A DNA stretch of 64,000 nt from Sandaracinaceae bacterium. Lineage in GTDB: Bacteria; Myxococcota_A; Polyangia; Polyangiales; Sandaracinaceae. Position numbers and translations under genes: made by a program. Below, piece after piece: positions 58,005 through 64,000 of this stretch (position 1 is its first letter; each line of letters opens with the position of its first letter). Location: NCBI GenBank assembly GCA_044220955.1, contig JBGAQA010000028.1, forward strand, positions 1 to 64,000, written 5' to 3'. The notes under the pieces are model-generated. The model had not been told where the DNA came from and made no database searches. It worked only from the letters and a program-made list of their open reading frames with translations.

Positions 58005-58727
58005 TCAGGGGTCGTAGCTGCCATCGAGCACGCCGGCCGGGTTCTTGACGAGCAACGTCTCGACCTCGCTCGTCCCGACCAGCGCGCGGAGCCGGTCGAT
58101 CGCGCGGGCGACGTGCTCGAGATCCTCCGGCCGGTGCGCGTCGGTGCATGCGATGTCGTAGGCGCCCTCTTCGAGCATCCGTTCCGCCACGCGCCGCGGC
58201 CGATCCCCGTAGCGCCCGACGAGGGACATCAGATCGAGCTGCGTCATCGCGCCTGCGTCGAGCAGCGCGTCCAGGGGGTCGGTCTCGTCCGCGAGCGGCG
58301 CGTAGCGCTCCGGATGGGCGATCACCGGCCGAAGCCCGCGCAGCTGGATCTGGAACAAGCGCTCCGTGAGACCGCGGGGCCAGCGATCGGGATGGAGCTC
58401 GACGAGGATCGCGTTGTCACCCGGGTAGGGCAGCACCTGTCGGCGCTCGAAGATCTGCCAGAAGACGTCGTCGAAGAAGTGCTCGCTCGCGAGCCCGAGC
58501 TCGGGAATCCTCGCGCCAGCCAGGGCGGTCACGACCTCGCGGAAGCCGGCCTCGAGGCCTTCCTTGCGGTTCTCGAACATGCCCGAGCGGATGTGCGGCG
58601 TGGCGACGCAGCGCGCGTAGCCGAGCGCGTGCAGGCCCTCGAGCAAGCGCCGCGACTCGTCGATGGTGCGCACGCCGTCGTCGACCCCGGGCACGTAGTG
58701 CAGATGCAGATCGACGTAGCCGCTCAT
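58005..58727 (-). CDS. CpsB/CapC-family PHP protein-tyrosine phosphatase
   Basis: DLHLHYVPGVDDG, ATPH, IAHPERY, TDAH. Confidence 0.92.
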   Translation of the reverse strand: MSGYVDLHLHYVPGVDDGVRTIDESRRLLEGLHALGYARCVATPHIRSGMFENRKEGLEAGFREVVTALAGARIPELGLASEHFFDDVFWQIFERRQVLPYPGDNAILVELHPDRWPRGLTERLFQIQLRGLRPVIAHPERYAPLADETDPLDALLDAGAMTQLDLMSLVGRYGDRPRRVAERMLEEGAYDIACTDAHRPEDLEHVARAIDRLRALVGTSEVETLLVKNPAGVLDGSYDP

Positions 58728-58784
58728 GAGGGGTCGCTCACTTTAGCGGGCTCCGCCGGACCGCGCCCGCGTTAGGCTCCGCCC

Positions 58785-59228
58785 ATGAAGATCCTCGTCT
58801 CCAACGATCTCTCGGATCTCTCCAAGCCCGTCGTCGACGAGGCGGCGAAGCTGGCGCGCGCGATGGGCGGGGAGCTGACGCTGCTGCACGTGGTGCGCTG
58901 CGAGGCGGCTCCGCCCGACTCCGGCAAGGAGCTGCTGCCGCCCGGGGACCTCTGGGAGCGCGAGACGGAGCTCCGCGAGGTCGCGACGGCGCTCGAGAAG
59001 GACGGGCTGAAGGTCGACGCCGTCGTGAAGCTCACCGCAGGCGCCGTGTACGAGTCGGTCGTGCACGAGGCCGGTGAGCGCGGCGCGGCGATGATCGTGT
59101 GCGGCTCGCACGGCCGTGGGAAGATGTTCGAGCTCCTGGTCGGCAGCACCACGCAGGGCCTCATCCGCACTTCGCCCGTGCCCGTGCTGGTCGTGACCGG
59201 CCTGGAGTCCGTCCCCGCGATCGGCTGA
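58785..59228 (+). CDS. Universal stress protein
   Basis: KILVSND, LLHV, IVCGSHGRG..LVGSTT..PVLVV. Confidence 0.93.
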   Translation: MKILVSNDLSDLSKPVVDEAAKLARAMGGELTLLHVVRCEAAPPDSGKELLPPGDLWERETELREVATALEKDGLKVDAVVKLTAGAVYESVVHEAGERGAAMIVCGSHGRGKMFELLVGSTTQGLIRTSPVPVLVVTGLESVPAIG

Positions 59229-59254
59229 GCGCGCACCGCCGGCGGCTGCCGAGG

Positions 59255-60508
59255 TCAGCCGCGGAGCTCGGCGGCGAGCGCGAGCAGGCGGCCCCGCTCG
59301 TTGACGCTCGGATCGTCGAGCACGAGGTCGAGCAAGGCATCGAGGACGCGCCCTATCTCGGGCCCGGCCGGCAGCGCCAGCTCGCGCATCAGATCCTGCC
59401 CGCGCACGGCGAGGTCGCGCGAAGAGAGCGGTACCCGGGCGTCGAGATCGGCGCGCACCTGCTCGCCGAACGCGGCCGCCTGGTCGCTCACGCCGCGAGC
59501 CCGCGCATCCGCGCTCGCCATCTCCACGAGCGCGCTCACGGTGCCGGGGCCGAGCGTGGAGAGCATGCGCCGCCGCGCGGCGGGCGGGACGTCCGGGGTC
59601 AGGACGCGCCCGGACTCCGCGTGCAGCGCGAGCACGCGCTCGCGATCGGGGTTCGAGAACCGCTGCGCCCGGAGCCACCGATCGAGCTCGCCCGGCAGGA
59701 CGACCGCGTCGCGCAAGAGGGCGCCCACGCGCATCGCCAGCGAGGCCGCGACGAGGTCCATCCTCGCGAGCGCGAGCGCGAAGGCCTGCTCGTCCAGGCC
59801 GCGAGTCATCGGCGCCGTGTGGGCGAGCATGCCCGTGCGACGCATCACCGCGAACGCACGCGAGGCCTGCCGCGCCCGGCACGCCTTCTCCCACTCGTCG
59901 TGCACGCGCTCGGCCGAGACGCGCGCGAACGTCGTGATCGCCCCCGGGATCGCCGCTTCGGTCGCGGGGTCCAGATCCATCTCGAGGGTCGAGACGAAGC
60001 GTGCGGCGCGCAGCGCGCGCAGGCCGTCCTCGGCGAACCGATCTCGCGCATCGCCGACGGCGCGGATCACGCGCGCGTCGAGATCCGCCAGGCCGCCCCA
60101 CGGATCGACGAGCACGTCATCGATCGGGTCGTAGGCGATGGCGTTCACCGTGAAGTCCCGCCGCGCGAGATCCTCCTCGATCGTCCCGACGAAGTGCACG
60201 GCGTCCGGACGCCGGCCGTCGGTGTACGCCCCCTCCCCGCGGAGCGTCGTCACCTCGTAGCCGACGCCCGCCATCACGACGGTCACCGTCCCGTGCTGGA
60301 TCCCGGTCGGTACCACCCGCCGGAAGAGCGGCCTGACCTGCTCCGGGTGCGCCGTCGTCGCGAGATCCCAGTCCTTCGCGCTACGGCCCATCAGCACGTC
60401 GCGGACGCAGCCGCCGACGACCCACGCGCGATGGCCGCTCTCGCGGAACGTCCGCGCGATCCGCAGGACGTCGGCGGGGATCGCCGCACGGTCGAAGGCA
60501 CGCGGCAT
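59255..60508 (-). CDS. cca: Class II CCA tRNA nucleotidyltransferase
   Basis: VGGCVRD..DWDLAT, intact loop YTDGRRPD, RRDFTVNA, EDGLR. Confidence 0.9.
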   Translation of the reverse strand: MPRAFDRAAIPADVLRIARTFRESGHRAWVVGGCVRDVLMGRSAKDWDLATTAHPEQVRPLFRRVVPTGIQHGTVTVVMAGVGYEVTTLRGEGAYTDGRRPDAVHFVGTIEEDLARRDFTVNAIAYDPIDDVLVDPWGGLADLDARVIRAVGDARDRFAEDGLRALRAARFVSTLEMDLDPATEAAIPGAITTFARVSAERVHDEWEKACRARQASRAFAVMRRTGMLAHTAPMTRGLDEQAFALALARMDLVAASLAMRVGALLRDAVVLPGELDRWLRAQRFSNPDRERVLALHAESGRVLTPDVPPAARRRMLSTLGPGTVSALVEMASADARARGVSDQAAAFGEQVRADLDARVPLSSRDLAVRGQDLMRELALPAGPEIGRVLDALLDLVLDDPSVNERGRLLALAAELRG

Positions 60509-60518
60509 CGCGAGACCT

Positions 60519-61724
60519 TCAGACGGTCGAGTAGCGCGGGTCGGCCGGCCTCAGCGCCAGGACGACCTGGATGTCGTCGAAGCGGTCCGCGATCGCGCTG
60601 GCGCTCACACCGTAACGCCGCGCCACCGACGCGCGCGTCACCCCGTCGAGCCCGTGGAGCCGCGCGATCGCGTACTCGAGCGCCGCAGCGCAGACGTCGG
60701 GCTTGAGCAGCTCCCAGGAGCCGCGCGTCTCGCGGTAGTCGGCCCAGAGGCGTCGCGCGCGCGCGACGTGCTCGCGCGTGAAGCCGCCCTCCCGCATCGC
60801 GTCGGCGATGATGGGCAGCACGGGATCGGCCGCGTCCATCGTCTCGAGATCGGCGCGCGCGGCACGGGCGCTCGGGATCGAGGGCACCGGCTGGGGCGCG
60901 GGCGTCGGAGCAGGCGCCGACGCGGTGACCTGGGCAGCCGCCTGCGCTGCGCCACTGCCGATCGCAGCCGGCGACACGGTCGACGACGACGAGGGACCGA
61001 CGACCGCCAGCGCCGGCGCAGAGGTCTGCCCGGAGCCCGACTGCGACGAGCCCCCACCGGCGCTCGAGGCACCCGAGGGAGCGGACGGCGTCGTCGGCGC
61101 CCTGGAGGGGGCGGGGGCCGGCTTCGCCTCGGCGGGCGCGCCGCGCTCGATCCACTCGAGCAGCCGCCGATGGTCGGCGTTCCGCGGAGCCGCGGACACC
61201 GCGCCGGAGGCGAGCGCGCGGGCTGCCTCGAGCTTGCCGAGGCGCGCCAGGCAGTGCGCGAGGGACGCCGCGATCTCCGGGTCGTTCGGCGCGGTAGCCT
61301 TGTGCGCGATCTCGAGGTGACGCAGTGCCTGCTCGGGCCGCTCGAGGGCGACGTCGAGGAGGTGGCCGAGGTTGTGGTGGTACCAAGGGTTGCGGGGCGC
61401 GAGCGCGAGCGCGCGCCGGTATGCCTCGACGGCCGCACGGAAGTTCGAGAGCAGAGCCTGCGCGAGCCCCATCAGCGCGTGAACGACGTCGTCCTCGGGC
61501 TGCGCGGCCACCACCTTGCGCAGGCTGAGCAGAGCGCGCCACGGATGCTCCTCGACGCGGTACTCGGCCAGGTGGCGGTGGGCGTAGATGGACGCCGGGC
61601 TGCCGTCGGGCGCGATGGTGATCAGGCGCTCGAGGAGCGGCACGATCACGCGGCGACCCTGGTCGGAGGCGATGGCCTGCTCGACCCGCCGGCGTAGCTG
61701 TTCGACGCCGCTCTCCTCCGTCAC
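60519..61724 (-). CDS. TPR protein with low-complexity linker and C-terminal helical/HTH domain
   Basis: AGGAG SD then GTG 61724; TPR motifs (AYRRALALAPRN..HHNLG). Confidence 0.85.
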   Translation of the reverse strand: MTEESGVEQLRRRVEQAIASDQGRRVIVPLLERLITIAPDGSPASIYAHRHLAEYRVEEHPWRALLSLRKVVAAQPEDDVVHALMGLAQALLSNFRAAVEAYRRALALAPRNPWYHHNLGHLLDVALERPEQALRHLEIAHKATAPNDPEIAASLAHCLARLGKLEAARALASGAVSAAPRNADHRRLLEWIERGAPAEAKPAPAPSRAPTTPSAPSGASSAGGGSSQSGSGQTSAPALAVVGPSSSSTVSPAAIGSGAAQAAAQVTASAPAPTPAPQPVPSIPSARAARADLETMDAADPVLPIIADAMREGGFTREHVARARRLWADYRETRGSWELLKPDVCAAALEYAIARLHGLDGVTRASVARRYGVSASAIADRFDDIQVVLALRPADPRYSTV

Positions 61725-61778
61725 GTCGGCTCCTATAGACGGGATGACGACAGCGCGCAACGGCGCGGATCGACCGGA

Positions 61779-62492
61779 TCAGCCCTTTTTCGCGATGGCG
61801 ATCAGAAACCCCCCGAATCTCGCGAACGGACCCATGGCAAGCCCTCGCTCGATCTGGCCCAGCCCGGCACCCACCCAGGGTACCCCGTGCAGGGCCGCGG
61901 CGGGCGTCACGATCCGCACCCCCGCGAATCGCGTGAGTTGGAGCGAGCTCGGGAGCGCCCGACGGATGGTCGCCGGCGTGTCCCAGCGCGTCGGGATGTC
62001 GTCCTCCCGGTGCCCGCCGCCGATGCGCCGGGCGCCCGCCGCGAGCCGGGCGACGTATCGCAGGCTGTGGCGATTGTAGAACTCGAGGATCGCGGTCCCG
62101 CTCGGGCGGAGCACGCGCGCGACCTCGGCCAGGGCTGCCTCGATCTGCGGGACGTGCGCGAGGACCTTGAAGCTACAGACGACGTCGAAGCTCGCGTCGG
62201 CGAACGGCAGGGCCGTGGCCGAGCCCTCGAGCACGGTGAGCCCGCGCCCGCGGGCCCGCGCGAGCATTCCCGGCGACAGGTCGACGCCGACGGCCTCCGC
62301 CGCGTGGGGCGCGAGCCGCGCGAGGACCAGACCCGTTCCGCACCCGACCTCGAGCAGCCGCTTGCCGGGCAGAAAAGGGATCACGATCGAAGCCTCGAGC
62401 TCGTCGACCAGAGCGTGATACCCACGCCCGCGCGCGTCCTCGTAGGTCGTCGCGAAGTCATCGTAGTACGCCCGGGTGCGCGACTCGCTCAT
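61779..62492 (-). CDS. Class I SAM-dependent methyltransferase
   Basis: LEVGCGTG, GVDLSPGML, LPFADASFD, RVLRPSG. Confidence 0.92.
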   Translation of the reverse strand: MSESRTRAYYDDFATTYEDARGRGYHALVDELEASIVIPFLPGKRLLEVGCGTGLVLARLAPHAAEAVGVDLSPGMLARARGRGLTVLEGSATALPFADASFDVVCSFKVLAHVPQIEAALAEVARVLRPSGTAILEFYNRHSLRYVARLAAGARRIGGGHREDDIPTRWDTPATIRRALPSSLQLTRFAGVRIVTPAAALHGVPWVGAGLGQIERGLAMGPFARFGGFLIAIAKKG

Positions 62493-63595
62493 CGGAGCAC
62501 CTCGTCGTAGACCCGCTCGTACGCCTCCGCCATGCCCTCCGGTCGATAGGCGAGGTACGCTCGCTTCGCGGCCGCGGCGCGCGCCGGGCGTCCATCAGTA
62601 TCACAAAGGACATCTTCAAGCGACCGGGCGATGGCGTCAGAGTCACTATCGATACTTCTAGCGCCGCCGCCATCTGCGAGCTCCTCGGCGGACCCGCCGC
62701 GCGCGACGAGCACGGGCACGCCGAGGCAGAGCGCCTCCAGCAGCACGATGGGCAGGTCCACCTTCGCGCCGAGGTCGGTGCCGGGCAGCGCCACCACGTC
62801 CGCCGCGGCGATCAACGCGTGGATGTGCGCCGTCTCGCCCACCCAGCGCACGCGCTCCGCGATCCCGCGATCGGCCGCCAGCTGCCGCAGCGCCCGCTCG
62901 GCCTCCGCGACGCGGCCGGACTTCCTCCGCGCCGCCACCACGAGGATCGCCCCGAGCGAGGGCGGCAGGGCGGCGACCGCCTCGATCGTCTCGCGCCCGC
63001 CGCCGCCTGGCGCGAGATCTCCCGGGAACAGCACCACGGGGGCGTCGGCCGGCAGTCCGGCGAGGCGCCGCCCATCCCCGCGCATGTCCCCGCTCACCCG
63101 GACCGGCGCGACGCACGGCGCGATGCGCCGCAGGCGCGCCGCCGAAACGCCGTGCTCCAGGAAGCGTCGCTCGGTGCGGCGCGACAACACGACCACGCGA
63201 TCCGCGAAGAGAACTGCGTCGAGATCCTCACCGGGCCTGGGCACGCTCGCCACCGTCTGCACGGTCGGCACGCGGCGCAGTCGGCTGAGCGCTCGCGCGG
63301 TGCGGCTCGTCCGCGCGTTGGGCGCGAAGACGAAGTGCCAGAGGTCCCCGCGCCGTCCGGACGCCAGGCGCGCGGCCAGCCGCATCGCCGGAACGCCGCT
63401 GAGCCCGAACCCCTCGTTGGGCTGGTAGAAGAGCGGCTCGACGCGGCCACGCGCGAGCGCGAGCGGAACGCCGCGGACTCCGAGGACGACCGGGTCGTGC
63501 CGGGTCATCGCCCCGGCGAGATCGCGCACGAGCGTCTTGCTTCCGTCGTTCCACGGTGGCGAGATGGGCTTGCTGACGATCAGGATCTCGGACAC
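62489..63595 (-). CDS. Glycosyltransferase family 4
   Basis: PIVLLEALCLGVPV..E motif, AADVVALP, terminal AYERVYDE. Confidence 0.88.
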   Translation of the reverse strand: MSEILIVSKPISPPWNDGSKTLVRDLAGAMTRHDPVVLGVRGVPLALARGRVEPLFYQPNEGFGLSGVPAMRLAARLASGRRGDLWHFVFAPNARTSRTARALSRLRRVPTVQTVASVPRPGEDLDAVLFADRVVVLSRRTERRFLEHGVSAARLRRIAPCVAPVRVSGDMRGDGRRLAGLPADAPVVLFPGDLAPGGGGRETIEAVAALPPSLGAILVVAARRKSGRVAEAERALRQLAADRGIAERVRWVGETAHIHALIAAADVVALPGTDLGAKVDLPIVLLEALCLGVPVLVARGGSAEELADGGGARSIDSDSDAIARSLEDVLCDTDGRPARAAAAKRAYLAYRPEGMAEAYERVYDEVLR

Positions 63596-63619
63596 CGGAC
63601 GCAGTGGTATACGTCGAGG

Positions 63620-64000
63620 GTGGCGGAAGGCGAAGATCGCGACGACGACTCCGACTTGCTCGAGGACGGCGAGGGGCCCGACCCCGAGTCCGAGTCCCCT
63701 GGAGAGAGCCGGCGCCGGCGCGTCGAGCGTCTCTTGCCCGGGATCATCAAGCGCGCGATCGAGCGGGGCATCGAGACCGGGATCGGCTCCATCACCTCGG
63801 CCAACGACTCCATCCGCAGCGTGGTCGGCAAGACCGAGCTCCCGAAGGAGGTCGCGGGCTACGTGTTCTCGCAGGTCGACGACACGAAGAACGCCGTGGT
63901 GCGCGTGGTGGCGCGCGAGGTGCGCGAGTTCCTCGAGGCGGCCGACCTCGCCAAGGAGCTCCAGAAGGTGCTCACGACCCTCTCGTTCGAGATCCGCACG
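63620..64000 (+). CDS. Hypothetical helical protein, runs off the window end
   Basis: Not in the ORF track; manual translation MAEGEDRDDD...ELPKEVAGYVFSQVDDTKNAVVRVVAREVREFLE..LSFEIRT, open to the end. Confidence 0.75.
   Translation, partial: MAEGEDRDDDSDLLEDGEGPDPESESPGESRRRRVERLLPGIIKRAIERGIETGIGSITSANDSIRSVVGKTELPKEVAGYVFSQVDDTKNAVVRVVAREVREFLEAADLAKELQKVLTTLSFEIRT

Noticed and set aside
59255..60508. Split CC-adding or A-adding enzyme, or poly(A) polymerase
   Set aside because: The flexible loop (YTDGRRPD) and EDxxR are intact and there is no N-terminal DHH/CBS extension, consistent with an ordinary CCA enzyme.
62591..62677. A/T-rich patch as oriC or dif
   Set aside because: No TTATCCACA boxes and no XerC/XerD arm match; it lies inside a CDS.

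Overview
Very GC-rich chromosomal window with no mobile elements. Gene content points to Myxococcota, probably Polyangia/Sandaracinaceae-like (inference from MYXO-CTERM, Cys-rich DAG-linker lipoproteins, pilT/pilC/pilS and an AUC-initiated infC). It holds about 60 CDS and one tRNA-Val(GAC). Housekeeping genes: smpB, thrC, rlmH, rsfS, proA, thrS, infC, purM/E/K, glpD, map, a topo IV-like A+B pair and cca. Lipid and envelope genes: two bCerS-like GNAT paralogues, a desaturase, a DAGK-like kinase, MlaF/MlaD and two glycosyltransferases, plus many Cys-rich surface lipoproteins. No CRISPR array, integrase, transposase, reverse transcriptase or rRNA was seen. The strongest leads are: (1) a TPR protein ending in a TFIIB/cyclin-box-like HTH; (2) a circularly permuted ATP-grasp ligase + MoxR ATPase divergent from an M32 carboxypeptidase, a candidate reversible peptide-tagging module; (3) duplicated ceramide-synthase-like genes; (4) a TraAB-like barrel/Cys-rich pair; (5) a 37-codon ORF coupled at both ends between parC and parE; (6) widespread leaderless-type promoters. 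Two lesions near 49.9-51.1 kb (M32 frameshift, garbled purK duplication) may be assembly artefacts. All family calls come from motif recognition by eye; no searches were run.
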